From: Thermodesulfobacteriota bacterium
GTDB taxonomy: Bacteria; Desulfobacterota; Desulfobacteria; Desulfobacterales; SURF-7
Length of the DNA: 64,000 nucleotides
Assembly: GCA_049320885.1 (NCBI GenBank)
Contig: JBMORA010000001.1
Coordinates: 132,095-196,094, forward strand
Direction of reading: 5' to 3'
A model generated the notes under the pieces. It was not told the DNA's origin. It saw only the letters and a program-made list of their open reading frames with translations, and made no database searches. A program made the position numbers and the translations under genes. Shown here piece after piece: positions 9,924 through 19,901 of this stretch (positions within the stretch are counted from its first letter, which is position 1; each line of letters begins with the position of its first letter).

Positions 9924-11384
9924 ATGGTTTTCAACTCACTGTCATTTTTTTTGTTTTTTAGTATTGTACTGGCTCTTTATTACAGCCTGCGGCATCACCT
10001 GCAGAATCGCATGCTGCTGGTGGCCAATTATGTTTTTTACGGCTGGTGGGACTGGAGATTTCTGTCCTTGATCATGATCATCACGGCGATAAACTACTAT
10101 TGCGGAAAGATGATCTTTCTTCACAACAACCGCCAGGGAAAAAAGAAATACCTGTATCTCAGTATTGCCGCGAACCTGGCGCCTTTGGCTTTTTTTAAGT
10201 ACTGCAATTTTTTTATCGGCTCTTTTGCCCAAATATTATCAACGTTCGGGTGGAGTGTCAGCCTGCCGGTATTACATGTCCTGCTGCCTGTCGGGATTTC
10301 TTTCTATACGTTTCAGGCCATGACGTATACCATTGACATTTACTATAATAAACTAAAGCCGGTTGATGATGTCCTTACCTTCGCCCTGTACGTGTCTTTT
10401 TTCCCTCAATTGCTCTCCGGCCCCATTGAGCGCGCCCGTGAGCTGCTGCCGCAGATAGAAAAACCGCGATCGTTTCAAAAAGAATCATTTATAAGCGGAT
10501 TGCAGCTGATCTATTGGGGACTTTTTAAAAAAATATTTGTGGCCGACAATCTGGGGGTCATTGTTGATCGCATCTATGCAGCGCCCTCGGCAAGCGGGAT
10601 GGAATATATCGTTGCAACCTGGGCATTTGCCTGGCAGCTATTCTGCGATTTTTCAGGATACACGGATATGGCCCGGGGGGTGGCCAAATGCATGGGGTTT
10701 GAACTGCAACGAAATTTTCGCCAGCCATATTTTGTAACCAATCCCAGCGATTTCTGGAGGCATTGGCACATCAGTTTCTCCTCCTGGCTGAGGGATTATC
10801 TGTATATCCCACTTGGCGGAAACCGGTTTAGAAAATACATGACCTATCGCAATCTCATGATCACCATGCTCCTGGGTGGTCTCTGGCATGGCGCCAACTG
10901 GACTTTTGTGCTATGGGGGGCCTTTCACGGCGCGCTCTTGTGTCTGTTTCGAATGGCAAGGGACTTCCAACTGACGGCAGAATCAAAACAACACTCGCCG
11001 GCAATTTATTTATTCAAAGCGTTCCTGATGTTTCAGATCACTTGTATCGGCTGGTTTTTTTTCCGAGCCACCGATATTCATCAAATCCTGATGATTTTTC
11101 AACAGATGTGGGCTTTTGAATTCCTCAGCTGGACAACGGATGAAAAGGCCCTGCAAGCCTTACGCGATGTTTTGTTCTTTGCAGGCGCCCCCTGTATCGT
11201 GATGGCGGCGGTTGCATTGAAAAATGCATCCCAATCGGAGGAAGCGCTGATCGGGTGCAGCAGCGACCTGGCCATACTGGATAAACAGCCTTTGGTGTTG
11301 AAAAGCGCTGCATATGGCGTTTTTTCTTACCTGCTGTGTTTTTACGGTGCCAAAGCACAATCCTTTATCTATTTTCAATTCTAG
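9924..11384 (+). CDS. MBOAT family O-acyltransferase (AlgI/DltB-like)
   Basis: Polytopic protein with the conserved His region FWRHWHISFSSWLRDYLYIPLGG, typical of AlgI-type MBOATs. Confidence 0.9.
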   Translation: MVFNSLSFFLFFSIVLALYYSLRHHLQNRMLLVANYVFYGWWDWRFLSLIMIITAINYYCGKMIFLHNNRQGKKKYLYLSIAANLAPLAFFKYCNFFIGSFAQILSTFGWSVSLPVLHVLLPVGISFYTFQAMTYTIDIYYNKLKPVDDVLTFALYVSFFPQLLSGPIERARELLPQIEKPRSFQKESFISGLQLIYWGLFKKIFVADNLGVIVDRIYAAPSASGMEYIVATWAFAWQLFCDFSGYTDMARGVAKCMGFELQRNFRQPYFVTNPSDFWRHWHISFSSWLRDYLYIPLGGNRFRKYMTYRNLMITMLLGGLWHGANWTFVLWGAFHGALLCLFRMARDFQLTAESKQHSPAIYLFKAFLMFQITCIGWFFFRATDIHQILMIFQQMWAFEFLSWTTDEKALQALRDVLFFAGAPCIVMAAVALKNASQSEEALIGCSSDLAILDKQPLVLKSAAYGVFSYLLCFYGAKAQSFIYFQF

Positions 11385-11433
11385 TCAATTCCTGTTGCCG
11401 ACTTGCTGAAAATGGTATCTATGCTGGAAACGA

Positions 11434-12600
11434 ATGGATCGCAGCTCCTCTACTTATAAGCAGTTCGAAAGTAAAAAAGGCCATCGGATTTTCCGTGCAA
11501 TTTTGGCCGTATCCTTTTTTTTTGTCAGCATGGAAATCACTGCCCGAATCGACGATTTTGCAAAATACCGTGCTCCGTTTTGGGAAAAGTATACTGCCGA
11601 TAGACTGCGTTCAAGAGATCGGAACGGAATTCGCCATAACGTACCCGGGAGTCGTTTTGAGAAATGGATCATCAATGCTTCCGGTTTTCGCGGTCCGGAA
11701 ATTGCTGTCAAAAAAAAGGCGGGAATCAAGCGAATTGTCTGCATGGGAACTTCCGAAACCTTCGGTTTATATGAACCCTCCGGTCAAGAGTGGCCGTCAC
11801 AATTATCCTCATTGCTGAGCAAATATCATGGATATGAAGTCATCAATACAGCCGTGGTAGGTCTCGAATTGGGCCTATACCAACCGTATATCCAGCAATA
11901 TATTATTAATTTTCAACCAAATATCATCATTCTGATGATCAACCCCTTTTCCTATGCCAGCGGGAGATATCGACGAGAAGCGGCATCTGAACAAGATCCA
12001 AATCACACTCCACAACAAGTGAAAAATCGACCGGGCATGGATTTATCGGGAGTTTCAGGGATTATCGATGGTTTGAGATTGCCGTCCAAGATGAAACAGA
12101 CATTCAAGCAGCTGATTCCGGAATCCGTATTGGCCACCTACCAACTATGGAATATGCGATGTCAAGTGAGTGCCATAGAGACTATTCGGTTGAAAGGAAA
12201 AAGCCCGAGCGATCACGCCTCCCCGGAAGGTCTCGCTCTCTTCCAAGCCAGAATCGAAGAGTTGATCAACTATCTGACTGAAAACCATATTAAAGTTATC
12301 CTGTGTTCTTACCCTGTATTGATCGATGCCGACAATATCGATCAATACCCGGCTGTCTTTTGGGACCATCGCAGATTCTACGTGGAACTTTCCTTTAAAG
12401 GGCTTATCGACGCTTCCATTCAATGTAATCAGGCCCTGCGGATCATGGCCGAAAGGCACCAAATCGCTTTTGTCGATCTTGACAGGGCAATTCCAAATGA
12501 TATGGACCATTTTGGGGATAATGTCCACTACACGGGTAAAGGCGCGAAACTTGTTGCCATGGAGTTGGAGAGGCAACTGGTTTCTGCACCCTCCATGTAA
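11434..12600 (+). CDS. membrane-anchored SGNH/GDSL hydrolase-type protein (probable O-acyl transfer partner of the MBOAT)
   Basis: N-terminal TM helix. Block I-like IVCMGTSETFG and block V-like GDNVHYT (DxxH). Positioned directly after the MBOAT gene. Confidence 0.65.
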   Translation: MDRSSSTYKQFESKKGHRIFRAILAVSFFFVSMEITARIDDFAKYRAPFWEKYTADRLRSRDRNGIRHNVPGSRFEKWIINASGFRGPEIAVKKKAGIKRIVCMGTSETFGLYEPSGQEWPSQLSSLLSKYHGYEVINTAVVGLELGLYQPYIQQYIINFQPNIIILMINPFSYASGRYRREAASEQDPNHTPQQVKNRPGMDLSGVSGIIDGLRLPSKMKQTFKQLIPESVLATYQLWNMRCQVSAIETIRLKGKSPSDHASPEGLALFQARIEELINYLTENHIKVILCSYPVLIDADNIDQYPAVFWDHRRFYVELSFKGLIDASIQCNQALRIMAERHQIAFVDLDRAIPNDMDHFGDNVHYTGKGAKLVAMELERQLVSAPSM

Positions 12601-12699
12601 ACAGCTTTATTCGTCGCATGCAACATACGTCTTCGGTGATCTGTTTTGCAACCAGCCGGGCGCCTGACCAAAAACCATTATTGAAAAAAGAGAACATCC

Positions 12700-14616
12700 A
12701 TGTGTGGCATATTCGGTCTTCTGAGCACCAAAACCGACCTCGATGTTAAAAAATTCAATCTTCCCTTTGAAACCGACATATTGCGGCATCGCGGGCCCGA
12801 CGACAATGGACACCACCTGGATCATAAGGTTTTTCTTGGTCATCGACGCTTAAGCATCATCGATCTGAACACGGGAAAACAGCCGATTTATAACGAGGAT
12901 CGTACGAAATGCATCATTTTCAACGGGGAAATTTATAATTTTCAAGCGGTACGCGAAATTCTTCAGCAGCGGGGCCATCGCTTCGCCACCGATAGCGATA
13001 CGGAAACCATTCTGCATGCATATGAGGAGTGGAGCACCGAATGCGTCGAAAAGCTCCGTGGCATGTTTGCCTTTGCCATCTGGGATGCTCCACGGCAAAA
13101 ATTGTTTATCGCCCGGGATCGGTTGGGAATCAAACCGTTATTTTATGCCATGTGGGATGGTGTCTTTTATTTTGCATCTGAAATGAAAGCAATCCTTCAG
13201 TTCCCTGAATTTCCCCGCGTAATGGATATGGATGCACTGGCGGCCTATTTCAGTCTGTCCTACATCCCGGCACCGCTGTCCATTTTCAGACAGATCCGCA
13301 AACTGGAACCCGGTCATTTCATGACAGTGGAAGGAGGCCGCCTCACCATCCGGAAATATTGGGACCTGCATTTTATTCCGGATCGTTCCCGAAATATGAA
13401 GAAAAGCATCGATGGTTTCATGGAACTGCTTTCAGAGGCTGTCCGGATGCACATGATCAGCGATGTGCCCCTGGGGGCTTTTCTCAGTGGTGGAATTGAC
13501 TCTGGCGCGATTGTGGCTCTGATGAGCCAGGTAAGCAATGCTCCGGTTAACACCACCAGTATCGGGTTCGGAGGTCAGGTGGGGGGCTATCTGGATGAAC
13601 GGGGATATGCCCGCCAAGTGGCCGCTCGATACGGAACCAACCACACCGAATATACGGTTGTTCCACAAGTTTCCGATATTATGCAAGATATAGTTCGCTC
13701 GTTTGATGAACCGTTCGCGGATCATTCCACGGTACCCTCTTTCTATTTATGCCAGAAAACACGTGAAAAAGTCACGGTCGCCCTTTCCGGATTAGGCGGT
13801 GATGAACTCTTCGGAGGCTATGAGCGTTATCTGGGGTTCAAGCTCAGTTCGCTCTATCACAAACTTCCGTCCGTTGTCCGCCGGAAAATCATTAAAAGCC
13901 TCATTGAAAAAATACCAGAAAGACCTGATGGACATTACACTGTCAACCATTTAAAACGGTTTGTACGTTCGGCCGATTTTGCACAGGATGACAGGTATTA
14001 TCAGTTTACTTCAATGCTTGGCACCATATCCGCCGGGAATCTGTTTGCGAACTTTAAAACATTTGAAAACGGCTTAGAGCATTGTCGGGAAATGATCACC
14101 CGTTATTTCAATGCCGATAATGCCACAGAGCCACTGGATCGTGTTTTTTATTGTGATATCAAGACGTATCTTCCGGAGGATATCCTGGCCTGTACCGACC
14201 GTATGAGCATGCGGCATGCCCTGGAGGCACGGGTCCCCTTCCTGGACCACAAACTGATGGAATTTTGCGCAACCATACCCAGTGAGATGAAAATCCATCT
14301 TTGGCGGAAAAAACATATATTGAAAAAAGCAATGGCGGACTTGCTTCCCGGAGAGGTCATCTCCCATAGGAAACAAGGTTTTGTGGGGCCGATGACCCAA
14401 TGGCTGAGAACGGATTTAAAGGAGTATGCCGAATCTGTCCTGAACGTACAGAATCTGGATAAACACGGCCTGTTCAATAAACGCATAATCCGAAAAATTT
14501 TGGATGAGCATTTCACTCGTGTTGAAATTCACGACAAATTAATCTGGTCATTGATGATGTTTCAAGTCTGGTATGAAACCTATATCGAAAATGATTATCC
14601 GGTTCACTCTGTCTGA
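12700..14616 (+). CDS. asnB: asparagine synthase (glutamine-hydrolysing)
   Basis: MCGIFG N-terminal nucleophile Cys2 and PP-loop FLSGGIDSGAIV. 638 aa. Confidence 0.9.
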   Translation: MCGIFGLLSTKTDLDVKKFNLPFETDILRHRGPDDNGHHLDHKVFLGHRRLSIIDLNTGKQPIYNEDRTKCIIFNGEIYNFQAVREILQQRGHRFATDSDTETILHAYEEWSTECVEKLRGMFAFAIWDAPRQKLFIARDRLGIKPLFYAMWDGVFYFASEMKAILQFPEFPRVMDMDALAAYFSLSYIPAPLSIFRQIRKLEPGHFMTVEGGRLTIRKYWDLHFIPDRSRNMKKSIDGFMELLSEAVRMHMISDVPLGAFLSGGIDSGAIVALMSQVSNAPVNTTSIGFGGQVGGYLDERGYARQVAARYGTNHTEYTVVPQVSDIMQDIVRSFDEPFADHSTVPSFYLCQKTREKVTVALSGLGGDELFGGYERYLGFKLSSLYHKLPSVVRRKIIKSLIEKIPERPDGHYTVNHLKRFVRSADFAQDDRYYQFTSMLGTISAGNLFANFKTFENGLEHCREMITRYFNADNATEPLDRVFYCDIKTYLPEDILACTDRMSMRHALEARVPFLDHKLMEFCATIPSEMKIHLWRKKHILKKAMADLLPGEVISHRKQGFVGPMTQWLRTDLKEYAESVLNVQNLDKHGLFNKRIIRKILDEHFTRVEIHDKLIWSLMMFQVWYETYIENDYPVHSV

Positions 14617-14673
14617 AAAATCCACTTTCCCATTCTTACAAGATGGGGTATATCTAAAAAACGGCATGTTCTC

Positions 14674-15606
14674 ATGACTCCAGTGACGATTTCCATATTA
14701 ACGTACAATCGAAGTTCTCTGCTGAAAATACTCGTAACGGATCTGACCGCGCTCTCCTATCAGCCCCTTGAAATTATCGTTGTCGACAACCATTCTGAGG
14801 ATGCCACGGAGCAGATCATGCGCACGGAATTCCCCGATGTGATTTATGAACGTACGGAAACGAATTTGGGGGCCGGGGCAAGAAACATTGGAATGAAGCG
14901 GGCAAGGGGCGATATCGTCATTACACTGGATGATGACGTTCGCGGTGTTACTGACACGGCAATTTGTGAAATCGTCCGATTGTTTCAAGGCCGCAACCGA
15001 TTGGCTGCCGTTAATTTTAAGGTATTGGACCATCAAACCGGCGAAATCTGCAATTGGGTGCACCATTGCCTTCCAGAGGGATTCTGTGGGAGAGAATTCA
15101 ACACCTACGAAATCACCGAGGGTGCTGTGGCCTTCCGGAAAACCGCCTTGGAACGAGCCGGGTATTATCCTCAACATTTTTTTCTCAGCCATGAGGGGCC
15201 TGACTTGGCCATGCGGTTGCTTGATCACGGTTATGACGTTATCTACTCGCCGAATATCGAGGTGATTCATTGCCACTCCCAGCTGGGACGAAAAACATGG
15301 ACCAATTATTATTATGACAATCGCAATTTATTGTGGCTGGCGGCTCGGAATTTTCCTTTATCCTATGCCATTGTTTATTTAATTCGTGGACTGGGGTCCA
15401 TGCTGGTGTATTCCATCCGGGATGGGTATTTCATTTATTGGCTCAAAGGTCTTCGGGACGGCTTCAGAGGCATGGGAGAGGCGTTGAGGGAGCGACGGGT
15501 ATTGCGGAAACGCACCATACGATTCCTTAAGGAAATTGACGAAAACAGGCCCGATATCCGCTATATGATTCGGAAACGTCTGTTAAAAAAAGGAATAAGG
15601 CTATAG
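14674..15606 (+). CDS. glycosyltransferase family 2
   Basis: ISILTYNR N-terminus, VVDNHSEDAT and TLDDDV (DxD) motifs. Confidence 0.85.
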   Translation: MTPVTISILTYNRSSLLKILVTDLTALSYQPLEIIVVDNHSEDATEQIMRTEFPDVIYERTETNLGAGARNIGMKRARGDIVITLDDDVRGVTDTAICEIVRLFQGRNRLAAVNFKVLDHQTGEICNWVHHCLPEGFCGREFNTYEITEGAVAFRKTALERAGYYPQHFFLSHEGPDLAMRLLDHGYDVIYSPNIEVIHCHSQLGRKTWTNYYYDNRNLLWLAARNFPLSYAIVYLIRGLGSMLVYSIRDGYFIYWLKGLRDGFRGMGEALRERRVLRKRTIRFLKEIDENRPDIRYMIRKRLLKKGIRL

Positions 15607-15895
15607 AGTTATTAATGGCAATTCAATCTTTCCCAAGGAACGGAAATTTCCATCTTGATCATAATGATGTTTGTAACCTTTTTTAGCCATAATGCAAAAA
15701 ATGAAACATCGGTTCTACCGAGTATGAAGCCGACACCCTTTCTTTTCATCCTGCTTCTATGCTATGAAGGAATAATGCGATTGCCGTTGTCCTTGACGGA
15801 TTATTGGGGAAACACACCAAGATCAATAAATAATCAGGTCTTAATGGTTGGACTGAATCACATGCAAGATGAATCGAGGCCACGGTTATTATCGA

Positions 15896-15910
15896 TGGCA
15901 CAATGCTTGC
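15896..15910 (+). promoter_or_regulatory. sigma-54 (-24/-12) promoter, TGGCACAATGCTTGC
   Basis: Exact fit to TGGCAC-N5-TTGC. It lies about 60 nt upstream of ATG 15971 in an A+T-rich 364-bp intergenic region. Confidence 0.7.
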
Positions 15911-15970
15911 TTTTATTATGGCAAACAAAGCATTTGTTGGATTTTTTTAATAGAGAAGGAGGCTACGGCT

Positions 15971-17035
15971 ATGTTTAGAAAAAGCTTATGCATGGGATTA
16001 ATACTGTTATTGTCCATCCCCGCGGTGGTGTTTTCTGCGCCATCCATCACCAGTGTTACGGGTACAATCGCCAAAGACGAAATACTGACCATTACCGGGG
16101 CGGCTTTTGGTACAAAGGCGACTCCCAAACCATTCAAATGGGATAATTTTGAAAAAGGAACGCTCGGAGCAAAAGTCGGTGCCCCCAGTTCATTGAGCGC
16201 GAATACGACAAATTGGATTCTGAAATCTTCCGGAGTCGCCGGTCGCGAACCGGTTTACAACGGTACCCAACTACGAAAGAACAGCGCGCGTTCCTCATAC
16301 CATAACATGTCGGTGCCTGACGAAAATTGTTATGGCAGTGGTTTGGGTATCGACTTCGCATCCGAAGATTTTATTTATCTGACCTGGTGGGGATATTATG
16401 AAGAGACAGGCAATCCGACCGACAACTGGAAATACTTCCGGCATTACGGCCCGCCGGTACATGGAATTACGAAATTGACTAGTCCCGTCTATTACATGGA
16501 GGGAATTGTAACCGATTATGTTAACAAATCCATACCCAACAAGCAATGGGTCAGAATAGAATGTGCCTATAAAGCAGGCCTGGACGGTGCCGCCAAATTC
16601 TGGCTTCACACCACTTCACCGGAATCAATCATTTTAAACAGCGATATCAGTGGAGATTACTCCGGATCGTTCAAAGAGCTGCGGATCATGGATTATTACC
16701 GACGCATGGCCGCGGGCTCCACTGTCGTGGATCGAGGCCTAAATGCATGGCTTGACGATGTGTACGTCGATACCACCCAGGCGAGGGTGGAAGCGGGGAA
16801 TATGGAAACCTGGTCCGGCTGTACTCACCGTGAAATACAGATTCCCTCTAAATGGGAATCGAATTCCATTTCGATAACCTTCAATCAGGGTTCGTTCGAT
16901 AACGGGAAAACGGTGTTTGTCTATGTGGTGGATGCCAATGGGAGCGTCAATACCCAGGGATATCCCGTAACCATCGGCGGTACTGCGGCAGCCACGGCTC
17001 CGCCGGCGACCACGTTAAGCATCTCGACCAATTGA
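15971..17035 (+). CDS. secreted protein with IPT/TIG-like terminal domains (function unknown; glycan-binding or lyase-like is possible)
   Basis: AAGGAGG lies 9 nt before ATG 15971. Signal peptide MFRKSLCMGLILLLSIPAVVFSAP. N-terminal SITSVTG...LTITGAAFG and C-terminal ISITFNQG...VYVVDANG...PVTIGG beta-sandwich-like segments. Confidence 0.6.
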   Translation: MFRKSLCMGLILLLSIPAVVFSAPSITSVTGTIAKDEILTITGAAFGTKATPKPFKWDNFEKGTLGAKVGAPSSLSANTTNWILKSSGVAGREPVYNGTQLRKNSARSSYHNMSVPDENCYGSGLGIDFASEDFIYLTWWGYYEETGNPTDNWKYFRHYGPPVHGITKLTSPVYYMEGIVTDYVNKSIPNKQWVRIECAYKAGLDGAAKFWLHTTSPESIILNSDISGDYSGSFKELRIMDYYRRMAAGSTVVDRGLNAWLDDVYVDTTQARVEAGNMETWSGCTHREIQIPSKWESNSISITFNQGSFDNGKTVFVYVVDANGSVNTQGYPVTIGGTAAATAPPATTLSISTN

Positions 17036-17064
17036 TCGTACCCTCGATCATTTTCAGCCATCAC

Positions 17065-17104
17065 AAAAAAGCAGGATCGACATTCCGGTCCTGCTTTTTT
17101 TTTT
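17065..17104. terminator. bidirectional rho-independent terminator
   Basis: A6-GCAGGAtCG-acatt-CCGgTCCTGC-T10 hairpin between the convergent genes ending at 17035 (+) and 17107 (-). Confidence 0.8.
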
Positions 17105-17106
17105 GT

Positions 17107-18192
17107 TCAGGGCGCCACAATATCCCAAATCCGTTTGGATGCCTTGCCGTCCCACTTCGGTGGCAGACGGCGGTCTTTCATATCACGGGTTTGGCTTTCT
17201 CGATAGGCTTTCAGAATTCCGTCCTTTGATGTTCCGGCAAGGATATTCGTTCCCTGTTCGATGGTGATGGGGCGTTCGGTATTGTCCCGGATGGTGACGC
17301 AGGGCACTCCCAGGGCAGTGGTCTCTTCCTGAAGACCTCCGCTGTCGGTGAGCACCACGGCCGCATCCTTCCACAGAAACAACGCTTCCCTGAAACCCAA
17401 GGGCGACAGCAGATGGATGCCCTCTGCGAATCGGATTCCAAACGTTTCTTTCATCTTGGCGGTTCGCGGATGGATCGGGAAAAGAATGGGTCTTTCCCCT
17501 GCAATCGTATTCAAGGCAGATGCGATTTCCATGAATTTTTCCCGATCATCCACATTGGAAGGCCGGTGGAGGGTCAGAAAAGCATAGCCGGGATTCTGTT
17601 TTTTCAGGGTGGCTGTTTCAAAGGTCCGTTCCGATTCCTGGTTCAGACGGGCATTCTGGTGGAGCAGGTTGTCCACCATGACGTTGCCCACAAAATGAAT
17701 GCGGCTTTCGGATTTGCCTTCCCGGACCAGGTTATTCCGGCCGCTCTCTTCCGTAACAAACAGAAAATCGGAAAGGACATCCGTGACCATGCGGTTGATT
17801 TCCTCCGGCATCTGCAGATCGAAACTTCTCAGGCCGGCCTCCACATGGGCCACCTGAATGCCCAGTTTCTTCGCCACCACGCTGCAGGCCAGGGTTGAAT
17901 TCACATCCCCCACCACCATCACCAGATCCGGCTTCTCCTGTTCGCACACTTTTTCAAATTCCACCATGATCCTGGCAGTCTGCACCGCATGGCTGCCGGA
18001 TCCGGCATTCAGAAAATGGACCGGCTGGGGAAGCTCCAGATCGTTGAAAAAAGTCTGGGACATATCATAATCATAGTGCTGGCCGGTGTGCACAATTCTG
18101 CAATCCACCAAAGACCGGGCCTTCGATTCCCGGTAAATCGGGGCGATTTTCATGAAATTCGGCCTGGCGCCGGCCACAAGCAGCACTTTCAT
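17107..18192 (-). CDS. wecB: UDP-N-acetylglucosamine 2-epimerase (non-hydrolysing)
   Basis: MKVLLVAGARPNFMKIAP, VVGDVNSTLA, HVEAGLRS and VLTDSGGLQEE motifs are characteristic of WecB/MnaA. Confidence 0.9.
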   Translation of the reverse strand: MKVLLVAGARPNFMKIAPIYRESKARSLVDCRIVHTGQHYDYDMSQTFFNDLELPQPVHFLNAGSGSHAVQTARIMVEFEKVCEQEKPDLVMVVGDVNSTLACSVVAKKLGIQVAHVEAGLRSFDLQMPEEINRMVTDVLSDFLFVTEESGRNNLVREGKSESRIHFVGNVMVDNLLHQNARLNQESERTFETATLKKQNPGYAFLTLHRPSNVDDREKFMEIASALNTIAGERPILFPIHPRTAKMKETFGIRFAEGIHLLSPLGFREALFLWKDAAVVLTDSGGLQEETTALGVPCVTIRDNTERPITIEQGTNILAGTSKDGILKAYRESQTRDMKDRRLPPKWDGKASKRIWDIVAP

Positions 18193-18311
18193 TCCGCATT
18201 TCCTTCTTTGTTGGTGTTATTTCTCCGATTATACACTTTGCCTGTCTCCGCGAAGACCTGTACTATAGAATAAACAGGTGAAAAGTGCAGCAATAAAATG
18301 ATCCGGCATTC

Positions 18312-19202
18312 ATGGAATTGAAACAACGGCTTTTTTCGAAATCTACCACGCTCTATTGGGCAGGCCCATGTCTCCTGATACTGGCGGTGATGGCATACGG
18401 TTATTGGCTGGAGCCTTTCTGGATCAGGACGACCCATGTGACCATCCCCGATGCACGGTTGAGCCGTATCCTGAAGGACAAAACCGTCATTCAGTTGAGC
18501 GATCTGCATATCGAGGGAATCGGCCGGCGGGAAAAGGCGGTCCTGCGGATATTGCAGGACTTGCGGCCGGATATTCTCCTGCTGACCGGAGATTATGTCC
18601 CATGGAAGGGCGACTACCGGCCGGCCCTGGATTTTTTATCCAGGCTGCGCGCCGGCACCGGGATATGGGCGGTCATGGGAGACCACGATTACAGTAATGA
18701 CCGGCAGTCCTGCCTGTTCTGCCATGAACCGGGAACCGGGAATCCCACACGGCGTCATCCGGTACGGTTTCTGCGCAATTCCCATGATACCATCGCCATC
18801 AACGGTGCCACCCTCTGCCTGTATGGCATGGATTCCGGCGACATGGATCAAATCACGGAAAAAGCAGGAGCGACATGGGTCGGTGACAACCACCCCCTTA
18901 TCGGGTTGGCCCATGACCCCTTATTGTTCGACACCGTTCATGATGATTCCGATATGGTTCTTCTGGCTGGCGACACCCATGGCGGTCAGATCGGATTTCT
19001 GAATGGTCTCGCCGGGTTTCTTGGATATGAAAAAAACGATCGTTATCATTACGGCCTGTTCCGCCATGGTAAAAAACAACTGTTCGTCAGCAGGGGAATC
19101 GGGACCAGCCATGTGCCGATCCGGTTGCTGTGCCGGCCGGAAATTGTCGTCTTGCATTTTGTCGATCCGGCGGAGCCCGGAACAACTCCAGGAGGCCGGT
19201 AA
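18312..19202 (+). CDS. membrane-anchored metallophosphoesterase (calcineurin-like)
   Basis: LSDLHIEG, LLTGDY, MGDHD and GDTHGG motifs, plus an N-terminal TM helix. Confidence 0.8.
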   Translation: MELKQRLFSKSTTLYWAGPCLLILAVMAYGYWLEPFWIRTTHVTIPDARLSRILKDKTVIQLSDLHIEGIGRREKAVLRILQDLRPDILLLTGDYVPWKGDYRPALDFLSRLRAGTGIWAVMGDHDYSNDRQSCLFCHEPGTGNPTRRHPVRFLRNSHDTIAINGATLCLYGMDSGDMDQITEKAGATWVGDNHPLIGLAHDPLLFDTVHDDSDMVLLAGDTHGGQIGFLNGLAGFLGYEKNDRYHYGLFRHGKKQLFVSRGIGTSHVPIRLLCRPEIVVLHFVDPAEPGTTPGGR

Positions 19203-19901
19203 ATGATCAAGGCACCTCACGCTGGATATGGAGCGGCCCATTCGTTCCTGCTGCTGCTGGCGCTGCTGATGTTGCGCGGCTGCGAACCCGGAATGGTGGA
19301 CGATGCGGTGCTCAACGATTTCGAGTCGGACGCGGATCTGGACGCGGTGCGCTGGACTTGCGGCCGGCTGTACGCCCTTTCGGAAAACCATGCCACGTCC
19401 GGACAAAAATCCCTGGTCATGACCCTGTATCCGGCTGCCTATCCGGGACTGGCCCTGAGGCTGCGGCAAACCGACTGGCGGGGATTCACCCATCTATGCA
19501 TGGATATCTTCAATCCCCAACCGGAGACATTGTCCATCACGATCCGGGTGGATGACCGCGAGGAGTATCCGCCATATGCGGATCGCTTCAATCAGAGCTT
19601 CTCGATGGCACCGGGTAACAATCACCTGGAGATACCGTTGAACAGCCTGATCACCTCCGGCTCCCGGCGGCCCCTGGACCTGGAAAACATCCGGCGGTTT
19701 TTATTTTTCATGGTGGATACGAAACAGATCTATCACTTCCATGTCGACAACATCCGTCTCGTGAATGTGCTATCCTTCAACACTGTTTCTCACTCAATCA
19801 CATACCGGACGACGGTCCACGTCCCGTTGTCATACAACACCCTGCCGGCATACTGCTTTGCCAGTTCCTTCCTGGTTGCCTCGTCCAGTAGAAATACATA
19901 G
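19203..19901 (+). CDS. putative lipoprotein with a CBM-like beta-sandwich domain
   Basis: LLLLALLMLRGC lipobox-like signal. The FESDADLDAVRW...ATSGQKSL...HVDNIRLV layout resembles carbohydrate-binding-module-like domains. The 3' tail overlaps the convergent gene, so the true 3' end is uncertain. Confidence 0.5.
   Translation: MIKAPHAGYGAAHSFLLLLALLMLRGCEPGMVDDAVLNDFESDADLDAVRWTCGRLYALSENHATSGQKSLVMTLYPAAYPGLALRLRQTDWRGFTHLCMDIFNPQPETLSITIRVDDREEYPPYADRFNQSFSMAPGNNHLEIPLNSLITSGSRRPLDLENIRRFLFFMVDTKQIYHFHVDNIRLVNVLSFNTVSHSITYRTTVHVPLSYNTLPAYCFASSFLVASSSRNT

Noticed and set aside
12634-12650. Sigma-54-like CGGTGATCTGTTTTGCA upstream of asnB.
   Set aside because: The GG and GC dinucleotides are one nucleotide too far apart, and the -24 element is poor (GGTGA rather than GGCAC).
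15655-15978. 107-aa plus-strand ORF and the 60-aa minus-strand ORF in the A+T-rich intergenic region before 15971.
   Set aside because: No SD, odd composition, and they overlap the sigma-54 promoter and leader. The region is better explained as regulatory DNA.
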